Assembly: GCA_910578965.1 (NCBI GenBank) | Contig: CAJTSP010000002.1 | Location: 1-62,477, forward strand | Source of the DNA: an uncultured Oscillospiraceae bacterium | Lineage (GTDB): Bacteria; Bacillota; Clostridia; Oscillospirales; Ruminococcaceae | DNA: 62,477 bases | Direction of reading: 5' to 3' | Shown: positions 7,802 through 15,839 of the stretch, piece by piece | Layout of the letters: each line of letters starts with the position of its first letter | Position numbering within the stretch: position 1 is the first letter of the stretch | Translations under genes and position numbers: made by a program | Notes under the pieces: generated by a model | What the model was told of the DNA's origin: nothing | Database searches by the model: none | Seen by the model: the letters and a program-made list of their open reading frames with translations, nothing else

Positions 7802-9466
7802 TCACCGCAGCAGCCCCTGTGCCGTCAAAATGCTACGGATTTCCCGCTCGCCCCTGCGAAACCTCCATGGGGGGACATAATGCTCTTGGGCCTTCATCTT
7901 GTCATGCCGGCGCTTTATAAGCTTATCCTCGTCGTACAGGTACCGGTGCAGCTCTGCATACAGCAAAAGGGTCTGTCTTTTTATGGCGGCTGCCTCCTGC
8001 CGGCGGGCGGCGTTTTGTTCCTGCCGTTCTTTGCGCCAATCGCCTGTTTCCGCCCGCAGGCCAAGAAGCTCGCCCCGCAGGGCGGCGCAGCGCGCAGGGT
8101 CCTTTTTCAGCAGTGCCGCCATGTATTGTATCTGCCGCTTTCCCCTGCGCAGCCTATGGCGCAGCCGGCGCGGCGCTATGTAGCGCAGCCACCCCCAAAA
8201 ACGGTATCGAAGCCAGTAACGCAGCGGGTTTAACACATGGTTCTGCCAGATATGCTTGCGGAGCATATTGCCTATACGCCAGATCCCGCCCTTATAGTAC
8301 AGCAGATGCGGCGGCACTTCCCAAATTGGGCTGCTGAAGCTGTTATCCTGCAAGGTGTCCTCCAAAAAATCACACACCCGCAGATAGGCGTGCCTGTCTG
8401 CGACATCGTAAAAGGAATTCAGCAGGGCCAGGTCCATCCCATAGCGCTTTTGCACGTCGGGGTCCTGCGCATGGCACAGGGTATACGCAAACTGCTCGTA
8501 GGTTTCAACAAAGCCTGTCCCGGTAAAGATCGGCATCTGGCAGCCATGGGGCATGGGGACCGGCCGCAGCACAAAGGTAGGGGTACCGCTGTATAAAGAT
8601 TCTACTGCCGTTGTGCTGTTCCAGTTATAGACCACATCGCAGGCGCGCAGCCAATGCTTGATAGACTCCTGCGGCAGTACAAAAAAGCCCCGCAGCTCCT
8701 TTTGCATTTCCGCCAGCGCCGGATTCGCCATCTCGGAGGGGTGCGGCCTGTAAATGATCTGGACGGATTCGCCCCCCGGCTCGGACAGGACCCGCTTCGC
8801 CCAGGCCAAAAACATTTGCTGGCTGTCCTCGCTGGCCTGGCGGAACGCGTCGGCAGCAGAATCGCTCATCAAAGGGCTGCGGCTGTTCAGCCTGGGCATA
8901 TTGACAAACACAAAGGAGGATATAAACAGCGCCGTTTTCTTGGCCGGGTCCAACCCATATTTTTCAAACAGCGTTTTCCTCGGGATAAAAAAGCCCCGAA
9001 ATTCCGGCCTGTAAAAATCCAGCGTGACATAGCCCGCCACACAAATATTTTGGGGTTCCACGCCCACTATGTCCGTAAGGCGTGTACAATTTGCCCCCCC
9101 CCAGGCTACATATCGTACGTGGTGCTGCAACACCCCGGAGGCATTCCACTCCGCCTGCGCCCATTGCTCGGCAGATTCGCTTTCCAGCGTGCTGTTCAAA
9201 GGTATCTGTTCCCATTGCAGGTTGACAACCTTTTCAAACGAGCCGACAAAACCCGTAAAGGTCCTGTACACGGTATCCTTATAGCAGGTGGCAATTGCCG
9301 CCACGCGGGTTTTATACCGCGGGTACAGCAAATGGGTGTAGCTGTGCCAAAAGCTCTGATAGGCAACCCGATAGCCGCGGCGCTTTAATTCCGCTCCCAG
9401 CAGGCACAGGTTATCGTATTCCCTGTTTTTCACGTCGTACACAAACAAAAAATCTACTTCCCGCAA
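7802..9466 (-). CDS. surface-carbohydrate biosynthesis protein, GT-B-like (paralog A), with basic coiled-coil C-terminal tail
   Basis: 554 aa, TTG start with GGGAGGCGGG RBS. The N-terminal ~420 aa is collinear with ORF 9579..11225 (DFLFVYDVKNREYDNLCLLGAELKRRGY vs DFLFIYEVKARELENVCLLACELERRGY). The tail is rich in R/K/E/Q heptad-like sequence. Confidence 0.6.
   Translation of the reverse strand: MREVDFLFVYDVKNREYDNLCLLGAELKRRGYRVAYQSFWHSYTHLLYPRYKTRVAAIATCYKDTVYRTFTGFVGSFEKVVNLQWEQIPLNSTLESESAEQWAQAEWNASGVLQHHVRYVAWGGANCTRLTDIVGVEPQNICVAGYVTLDFYRPEFRGFFIPRKTLFEKYGLDPAKKTALFISSFVFVNMPRLNSRSPLMSDSAADAFRQASEDSQQMFLAWAKRVLSEPGGESVQIIYRPHPSEMANPALAEMQKELRGFFVLPQESIKHWLRACDVVYNWNSTTAVESLYSGTPTFVLRPVPMPHGCQMPIFTGTGFVETYEQFAYTLCHAQDPDVQKRYGMDLALLNSFYDVADRHAYLRVCDFLEDTLQDNSFSSPIWEVPPHLLYYKGGIWRIGNMLRKHIWQNHVLNPLRYWLRYRFWGWLRYIAPRRLRHRLRRGKRQIQYMAALLKKDPARCAALRGELLGLRAETGDWRKERQEQNAARRQEAAAIKRQTLLLYAELHRYLYDEDKLIKRRHDKMKAQEHYVPPWRFRRGEREIRSILTAQGLLR
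9094..9102 (-). repeat. homopolymeric G9 (C9 on the plus strand) tract inside CDS 7802..9466
   Basis: The plus strand reads ttgcccccccccagg. On the coding strand TGG GGG GGG GCA encodes WGGA. The paralog has only G6 at the equivalent WGEA position (about 10870). Confidence 0.9.
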
Positions 9467-9578
9467 AGGTTTCCCGCCTCCCGCATATGCATAATATCCC
9501 CATGCCTTTATATTTCCAGCCGCCCCCGGCAGGCGCCGCTTTTTGCCTTATGGGGGGCAAAAGCGGATTGGTCCCGGT

Positions 9579-11225
9579 TCAAGTGGCTTCCAAGCACTCC
9601 CGCAGGCGGCTTTTTATCCGCCGGATCTCACGCTGCGACGCGCGATTCAGCCGGTATTTGGAAGCGTCGTACCTTCGTTTCTGCGCCGTATCCCGGTTTT
9701 GCTTTTCGCGGCGCAGCTCGCTGAGCAAACGCTGCTGCATCTGATCAACCTCTGCCTTATCGGCCTGCCAGCGCCTGTTCTCTTCCTGTAGCCTCTGCCC
9801 AAGCTGTTCGTGCTGCCACGCTGCCGCCCGACAGCGTTTTTCCCCTTTTTCACTGCGCCGCAGCCAGCGCCCCACAGGCGTATGCAGGATTGCCAGGCGG
9901 CCTACCCAACTGCCAAAGCGCCAAAAAACAGAATAGGCTTTATATAAGGCCCCGGGCATGCCTTTCGGCCTTGGCGGCCGGGCGGCGCGCAGCCAGACGA
10001 TGGGCCAGTAGCACACACGGTAACGCAGCGTATGCACAAAACGATTTTTCCAGGGGTAGACAACCCGGTACTCCAGCCACATCCGCAGGTATGGTACGTC
10101 GGTATAGGGCGCCGCCGCCGGGCTTTTATAGGCGGGGTCGGCATGGGTTTCCTCCAGCCACCCGCAGATGTTTTGGTAAACGGGCGTTTCGCCGGTATCC
10201 GCATACCACGCGCGCAGGGCCTGCGGCCGGGCTGTGCCCGCCTTTTTTTCACTACCGGCAGCAGAGGCCCGAAAATCCTCGTAGCGGCAGACGGCCGCAC
10301 AACCGGAAAAGATCGGCATATCGCAGGCCTCCGGTAATGCCACCGGCCGCAGCAGGAAGGTGGGCGTACCGCTCTGCCAGGCTTCCGCAGCCGTTGTGCT
10401 GTTCCAGATATACACACGGTCGCAGGCACAGATCCAATGCTTAACGGCCGGCTGCGCAATGCAGAAGAAGCGGGGGATGCGCCGCGCCATCGCCCGGAGC
10501 GCCGGGTTTTCCGCCTCGCTCGGATGCGGGCGGTAGATAAACTGCAGCCCCGGCTCCTCGCAAAGCAGCCGCTCGATCCACTCCAGCACAATCTGCTGCG
10601 TTTGGGCCGAAACGAGCTTTGTCATCTCCTTCCCGTCCTCGTCTGCAACCGCTTCCAGCTTGGGCGGCAGCTTTACATAGGCAAAGGAGGATATGAACAG
10701 GCAGGTTTTTTTGCCGGCGTCCAGCCCTTCCCTTTCAAACAGGCGGCGGCGTGAAACCAGCATCGGGCGGAACATGGGCCGGTAAAAATCCAGCGTGATA
10801 TACCCGGTCACGCGGGTACAGTCCGGCGCTACCCCAAAGCTCTCCACAAGGCGTTTCTGCCCGGCTTCCCCCCAGCAGACATTCCGCACCTGCTTGGCCG
10901 GCCCCTGGTAGGTCCAGGAGGTTACCTGCCGGGAGCGGTAGGAGTAATTGACCGGCACCTGCTCCCACTGGAGGCAGAAAACCTTTTCGTAATGCGCCGC
11001 AAAGCCGGTAAAGAAGCGATAAACCTCCTCGTTATAACAGGCGGACACCACCAGCGTCGTGCAGGAATAGGCAGGCCTGCTCCGCTTTTTCAGCATGGCC
11101 CAGCTATTCAGGATCGCAGTGGAGTAGCCGCGGCGCTCCAGCTCACAGGCCAGCAGGCAGACATTTTCCAGCTCCCGCGCCTTTACCTCATATATAAACA
11201 GGAAATCCACCTTTTGCGGATGCAC
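9579..11225 (-). CDS. surface-carbohydrate biosynthesis protein, GT-B-like (paralog B), with coiled-coil C-terminal tail
   Basis: 548 aa, GTG start with AGGAGGTGG RBS. Paralogous to 7802..9466. C-terminal tail: QHEQLGQRLQEENRRWQADKAEVDQMQQRLLSELRREKQNR. Confidence 0.6.
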   Translation of the reverse strand: MHPQKVDFLFIYEVKARELENVCLLACELERRGYSTAILNSWAMLKKRSRPAYSCTTLVVSACYNEEVYRFFTGFAAHYEKVFCLQWEQVPVNYSYRSRQVTSWTYQGPAKQVRNVCWGEAGQKRLVESFGVAPDCTRVTGYITLDFYRPMFRPMLVSRRRLFEREGLDAGKKTCLFISSFAYVKLPPKLEAVADEDGKEMTKLVSAQTQQIVLEWIERLLCEEPGLQFIYRPHPSEAENPALRAMARRIPRFFCIAQPAVKHWICACDRVYIWNSTTAAEAWQSGTPTFLLRPVALPEACDMPIFSGCAAVCRYEDFRASAAGSEKKAGTARPQALRAWYADTGETPVYQNICGWLEETHADPAYKSPAAAPYTDVPYLRMWLEYRVVYPWKNRFVHTLRYRVCYWPIVWLRAARPPRPKGMPGALYKAYSVFWRFGSWVGRLAILHTPVGRWLRRSEKGEKRCRAAAWQHEQLGQRLQEENRRWQADKAEVDQMQQRLLSELRREKQNRDTAQKRRYDASKYRLNRASQREIRRIKSRLRECLEAT

Positions 11226-11253
11226 TGCGCCCCACCTCCTGCGTAACCTGCCC

Positions 11254-12648
11254 TTACCGTTTTTTCCGCGCCCGGTATGCCGCCCGGAGCCGGGCGTATG
11301 TTTTTGGCATACAGGCCTTGGCTGCGGAGGCCAGCAGCCCCCTGAGGCCGCCGTACAGCCTTCTGGCGGCCGTCCTTGCCTTGCGGAGGATCACCCGGGC
11401 GGCCTCCTGCGCCATGTAACAGCCTTTTATCCGGTAAAATCCCAGCGATACGGCAAGCGGGCCGCCCGGGCCGGGCCCCGCGCGCTGCCCCACAAGGGCC
11501 CTTAGGTCGCATAAGACCTCTTCCACAAATTTTTCGTAGCTGTATTTCCCGGAGGCTACCACATGTTCATAGCACTGTTCCGCGATTTTTTCACAATAGG
11601 CAGGATCCCGCTCTACCAGATCCATTACCTCGTCCAAATTGGAAAAGTCCTTTTTGATCGGGATATAATCCACATTTGGCTCCAAAACGCCAAAATAATC
11701 GCCCTCCACCAACAACTGGCAGGTATGCGTCATGGCGCATTCAAACACGCGAGGGCCCAATATCCTTGTTTGGATCACGCCTTCCCCGCCCTGGTAGCAG
11801 GCCTGTGCAATTTCCTCCCGCGATGCGCCGGGATGAGCGCGCACATACGCCAGCGTGCGGGCGCGTATCTCCCCATCCGGGTCGAGGATGCTGGAGCCGC
11901 CCAGGCACCCCAGGGCCGCCCGGCAGCGGAGCAGGAAATCAAACCAGGCGCTGCCCGTAATGGTATTGCGGAAGCTGTCCATATAGGTGAGCTTCACATC
12001 CTCCTTGAGGTGCGGATGCTGTGGCAGCCGGGCCCGGAAAGCATTGGCCAGATCGGTTTTTAGCTGGCCGTGGAAGCCAAAGATATAGTTGGCGCTGCCG
12101 GCGCGGTACCCCACGTCAATATCCTTGCGGGGGGATTTTGCCCGCCTTTTTTCCACCCACCTCAGGGTGGCAGGGTCGATGTATCCGGTAAACACCGGAT
12201 GGCACAGGTTTTTTTGCCCCGTCTCCCCCGCAGGAAAGATGACGTCGCAATCGGGCGGGAAGCAACTGGAATATACCCGCTGTACGCCGCAGTCGCGGAT
12301 AAGCGTCCAAAGGGAGCGGGTGTATACGTATTCGTCGTGCGGGATGATTACCTTGACCCCCTGCAGCCCTTGCAGCACCGGCTTGATTCGTTTGTACATC
12401 GCCCAAAAGGACGGCTGGTCAAAGCGCAGCGCAAGGAAGGTATAGTGGAAAATCACCGCGTCAAACGGGATATTGGCCAGGCCCGCCGGTAGCCTGCCCG
12501 TATTTTTGCAGTTGAAGTAGTAGAAGCGGTTCCCCTTGCCGTATCGCCGGAACGAAAACAGATGGTTGTCGTGGGTGCGCACAACGCTGCGCCGGGGCTT
12601 CCAGCAGAGAACCAGGATATTCATCGCCTGCTCATAATGCGGATTCAA
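11254..12648 (-). CDS. glycosyltransferase, CgeB/Glyco_trans_1_2-like C-terminal domain (paralog 1)
   Basis: Collinear with ORF 15840..17150 (FDAVIFHYTFLALRFD, IDVGYRA, LGCLGGSSILDPDGE, FECAMTHTCQLLVEGDY...VDYIPIKKDFSNL). The start is ambiguous: TTG at 12648, or ATG at 12624 (MNILVLCW). Confidence 0.6.
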   Translation of the reverse strand: MNPHYEQAMNILVLCWKPRRSVVRTHDNHLFSFRRYGKGNRFYYFNCKNTGRLPAGLANIPFDAVIFHYTFLALRFDQPSFWAMYKRIKPVLQGLQGVKVIIPHDEYVYTRSLWTLIRDCGVQRVYSSCFPPDCDVIFPAGETGQKNLCHPVFTGYIDPATLRWVEKRRAKSPRKDIDVGYRAGSANYIFGFHGQLKTDLANAFRARLPQHPHLKEDVKLTYMDSFRNTITGSAWFDFLLRCRAALGCLGGSSILDPDGEIRARTLAYVRAHPGASREEIAQACYQGGEGVIQTRILGPRVFECAMTHTCQLLVEGDYFGVLEPNVDYIPIKKDFSNLDEVMDLVERDPAYCEKIAEQCYEHVVASGKYSYEKFVEEVLCDLRALVGQRAGPGPGGPLAVSLGFYRIKGCYMAQEAARVILRKARTAARRLYGGLRGLLASAAKACMPKTYARLRAAYRARKKR

Positions 12649-13417
12649 ACGATCCCCTCAGCTTTCTAAACAGCCGCAGCCCCATCAGCCAGAACAGGCA
12701 GATCCATAGCAGCAGGATCAGCACTCCAAGCAGGTCTGCGTTTTTTTGGTAATACAGGCTGCAGCGGTAAATCTGCACGATCTGATAAAAAGGGTTCAGT
12801 ACAACCAGCGGCTGAAGGAACACGGGGAGCCTCTCGGGGTAATATAGGATCGGCGTAAAGAACATCGTGGTCATCAGCAGCACGCTAAGCACCTGTACAA
12901 TGTCGCGCACAAATACCACAACGGCGCTGACACACAGCCCGATCCCCATAATGAGCAAAAAGGTCAGCGGCACGGCCAGCAGCAGCCACAAAACGTAAAA
13001 GGAAACGCCCAGCCCCGTGGCAACCAGCAGCACGGCGGAAAACACCAGCACAACGCAGATCGACGGAAGCCCCATCATCGAGGCAGCTATCGGGAAATAG
13101 TGCGATTTCACATCAAAGTTTTTCAAAATGGCCCTGTTTGCAACAAGGCTGTTTGCAGAGGACATGATCCCCTCGCTGATAGCCTGCCACGGCCCGTAAC
13201 CGCAGATCAGCCACAGCACGTGCTCCAAAGGGTCCGCGCCGCTGCCGGCAAAAACGAACCCAAACGCAAAGATATACACCCCCATTTGCAGCATGGGGCT
13301 CAGCACTACCCAGGCCCGGCCAATCCGGGTACCGGTAAAGCGCGTGCGGTAGTTCAGCTTCCACAAATTCAAAATCTGTGCCAGCTCCCGCTGCGCAATC
13401 GCTTTCAAACCACTCAT
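12632..13417 (-). CDS. ABC-2 type polysaccharide/teichoic-acid export permease (Wzm/TagG-like)
   Basis: 261 aa with about six hydrophobic segments. ATGA overlap with the upstream ATPase gene. Sits in a glycan-locus context. Confidence 0.85.
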   Translation of the reverse strand: MSGLKAIAQRELAQILNLWKLNYRTRFTGTRIGRAWVVLSPMLQMGVYIFAFGFVFAGSGADPLEHVLWLICGYGPWQAISEGIMSSANSLVANRAILKNFDVKSHYFPIAASMMGLPSICVVLVFSAVLLVATGLGVSFYVLWLLLAVPLTFLLIMGIGLCVSAVVVFVRDIVQVLSVLLMTTMFFTPILYYPERLPVFLQPLVVLNPFYQIVQIYRCSLYYQKNADLLGVLILLLWICLFWLMGLRLFRKLRGSFESAL

Positions 13418-14622
13418 ATGCTTTCCTCTCTGTGCAGCTTTTTCAGCTTAGCGCGGTTATGGTAATACACCTGCGGGCAATCCAGGTAATTGTAATATTG
13501 GTCGTTTACCACCCGGAACAGCGCCGCCCGCTTGGCAAGAAGCACGCCCTTTTGGCGGGCCGCAAGGCTTATCTGATAAGCGCCTGTATTAAAGTTGCAG
13601 TCCTCTATGCGGGTTTCCAGCATTGCGGTGCGTCCCGGCTCCAGTACCAGCCATTGCCCGGTGCTTTCGTGATAGCTGCTTGCAAACAGCAGATACCCCC
13701 GGAGGCTGTAGCAGCTTATCTGCAGGTCGACCTGGTCCAGCGGGGCCTCAGATTGGATTTCCGCTTTCACCCGGATTGCCTGATGGATGCGGATTTCCGC
13801 GCCGGGCTCCCCGTCTTCCCGCAAAACCTGCAGCAGGCCGATACGGACCCGCTCGCCGAAGACGCTGTTTTCGGTTGCTTTTTCCATCTGTGCCAGCATC
13901 TGGCTTTCCTGCTCTTTTTTAACGGAAAGCTCAAACGCCTCGGTCACCCTTGCAGAAGGCCCGTCCATGCGGATACGCCCCTTATCCAGCCAGATGCATC
14001 GGTCCGTGTACTTCCGAATCGTGGACATGGAATGCGACACCATCAGCAGGATTTTCCCCTTCTCGCACAGCTCGCGTGTTTTTGCCTCCGATTTTGCCTT
14101 GAACGCTGCATCCCCCACGCCCAGCACCTCGTCGATCACAAGGATCTCCGGCATCGTAAACAGGATGCAGGCAAAGGACACCTTGGCGATCATGCCGGAG
14201 GAATAAATCTTCATCGGCTGGTCGATGTACTCGCCCAGATCGACAAAATCGATTACCTCCTGGACCCTCCCTGCCAATTCGCTTTCCGGGATACCGGAAA
14301 GGCGGCCGGCCGTCCGGATATTTTCGCGGCCGGTTTCCTCCTGGTTAATGCTGCTGCCTATTTCCATAACCGGCGTTACCTTTCCAGTAACGGCCAACTC
14401 ACCCTCCGTGGCATGGCTGTACCCCGAGAGGATGTTGAGCAGGGTGGATTTTCCCGCGCCGTTGCGCCCGATAATGCCGACACGCTCCCCCTCTTCTATC
14501 CGAAAGCTAATATCCTTGAGGGCCCAGAAATCCGCGCTGCCTTCCTCCTGCCTCCCGAGCCTTAAATACTCTATCGGCGAGGCAAAATAGCGCTTGGAAA
14601 GCCCCCTGCACTCTATATACAT
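13414..14622 (-). CDS. polysaccharide ABC exporter ATP-binding protein (Wzt/TagH-like) with C-terminal beta-rich extension, copy 1
   Basis: Walker A GRNGAGKST, signature YSSGMIAKVSFA, Walker B ILVIDEVL, followed by ~160 extra C-terminal aa. The ATG at 14622 is preceded by AAGGTGGAG (the track ORF extends to 14634). Confidence 0.85.
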   Translation of the reverse strand: MYIECRGLSKRYFASPIEYLRLGRQEEGSADFWALKDISFRIEEGERVGIIGRNGAGKSTLLNILSGYSHATEGELAVTGKVTPVMEIGSSINQEETGRENIRTAGRLSGIPESELAGRVQEVIDFVDLGEYIDQPMKIYSSGMIAKVSFACILFTMPEILVIDEVLGVGDAAFKAKSEAKTRELCEKGKILLMVSHSMSTIRKYTDRCIWLDKGRIRMDGPSARVTEAFELSVKKEQESQMLAQMEKATENSVFGERVRIGLLQVLREDGEPGAEIRIHQAIRVKAEIQSEAPLDQVDLQISCYSLRGYLLFASSYHESTGQWLVLEPGRTAMLETRIEDCNFNTGAYQISLAARQKGVLLAKRAALFRVVNDQYYNYLDCPQVYYHNRAKLKKLHREESI

Positions 14623-15836
14623 ACAACGCTCCACCTTACCTGCTTTTCCAGCAGGGGTTTTTCCTGTTCAAGCATGGCCGGCAGTTCGCCGGCCACATCC
14701 AAACGCATCCAACGCTTTTCGTCATAAATCTTTACAAAAGGGCCCTCCCCGTTTTCCGGCGGGTCCCCAAGGGTCAGCGTGCAAAAATACTCGCCGGGCA
14801 CAAGGTCCGGGTTTTCAAGGGTAATCTGGTAATCATACACGCCCCTGTAGGCAGTAGAAACATTGTTGTCCACCTTGCATATATGGACAATGCCGCCGTG
14901 CTTCTGCCTGCTTTCGATGGAAAAGGCGATGGTCATAATGCGGCTGGGGGGCACGTCGTCTACCCGGAAAGAAAACTCAAAGGTAAAGTTCCCGCCTTTT
15001 GTGTGGGAATAGACGCGCTCGCCCATCCCCTTTTTGTCCAAAAGGGAAATCTGCTGGGCCTTTTGCGCCACGAGGCCCAGATATTCGTTGATCGCCTGAT
15101 AGCTTTTCCCGCAGTAGGTAATGCGCCCGTCCTTGAGATAAAGGCTGTTTTCGCACAGCTTGACAACCGAATCCATATCATGGGTAACAATCACGCCGCT
15201 GGCGCCGTGGCTCAGCAGATGGAACAGGCGTTTCCATGCCTTTCCCTGAAAATATTCATCGCCCACCACCAGTGCCTCGTCGATCAAATAAATATCGGCC
15301 TTCCGGGCGGTGGCCACCGCAAACAGCAGCCGCGCTTTCATGCCCGAGGAATACTCCCGCACCGATTTTTCAAAAAACGGCCCTATCTCGATAAAATCCT
15401 CTATTTCCTCGGTCAGCCGCCGGATTTCGGCCTTTGGCACCTGGAGAAATTCAAAATAATCCCGGCAATATTTGCGTCCCGTAGCATTTGCATCCAAAAA
15501 CACCCCCATCTCAAACAGGGTGGACGGCGTGCTCAGCACCTGCAAAGTGCCTCCCGTAGGCTTATATACGCCGGCCAAAAGCCGCAGCAGCGTGGATTTC
15601 CCCGCACCGTTATGCCCGATAACGCCCAGCAGTTCCCCTTTTTTCACCTGAAAGGTAAGCTCCCGCAAAACCTCGATCTGGCGTGCCTGCCCGCCAAGTA
15701 GCTGCCGCAGCGTTGCGTGCCGCACGTCTGTAAAGCTTTTGCTGAGCCGAACCGCCTGCAGCACCGCGTCCTGCTGCGCCGGCAAAGAAAGGTCTGCTTT
15801 TTGATCCATATTGCCCTCCTTCATCTTCCCCTCCAA
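14613..15836 (-). CDS. polysaccharide ABC exporter ATP-binding protein (Wzt/TagH-like) with a divergent C-terminal extension, copy 2
   Basis: Walker A GHNGAGKST, signature YSSGMKARLLFA, Walker B IYLIDEAL. The C-terminal ~150 aa is unrelated in sequence to copy 1. The start is ambiguous (15836, 15824 or 15809). Confidence 0.85.
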   Translation of the reverse strand: MEGKMKEGNMDQKADLSLPAQQDAVLQAVRLSKSFTDVRHATLRQLLGGQARQIEVLRELTFQVKKGELLGVIGHNGAGKSTLLRLLAGVYKPTGGTLQVLSTPSTLFEMGVFLDANATGRKYCRDYFEFLQVPKAEIRRLTEEIEDFIEIGPFFEKSVREYSSGMKARLLFAVATARKADIYLIDEALVVGDEYFQGKAWKRLFHLLSHGASGVIVTHDMDSVVKLCENSLYLKDGRITYCGKSYQAINEYLGLVAQKAQQISLLDKKGMGERVYSHTKGGNFTFEFSFRVDDVPPSRIMTIAFSIESRQKHGGIVHICKVDNNVSTAYRGVYDYQITLENPDLVPGEYFCTLTLGDPPENGEGPFVKIYDEKRWMRLDVAGELPAMLEQEKPLLEKQVRWSVVCI

Positions 15837-15839
15837 AAG

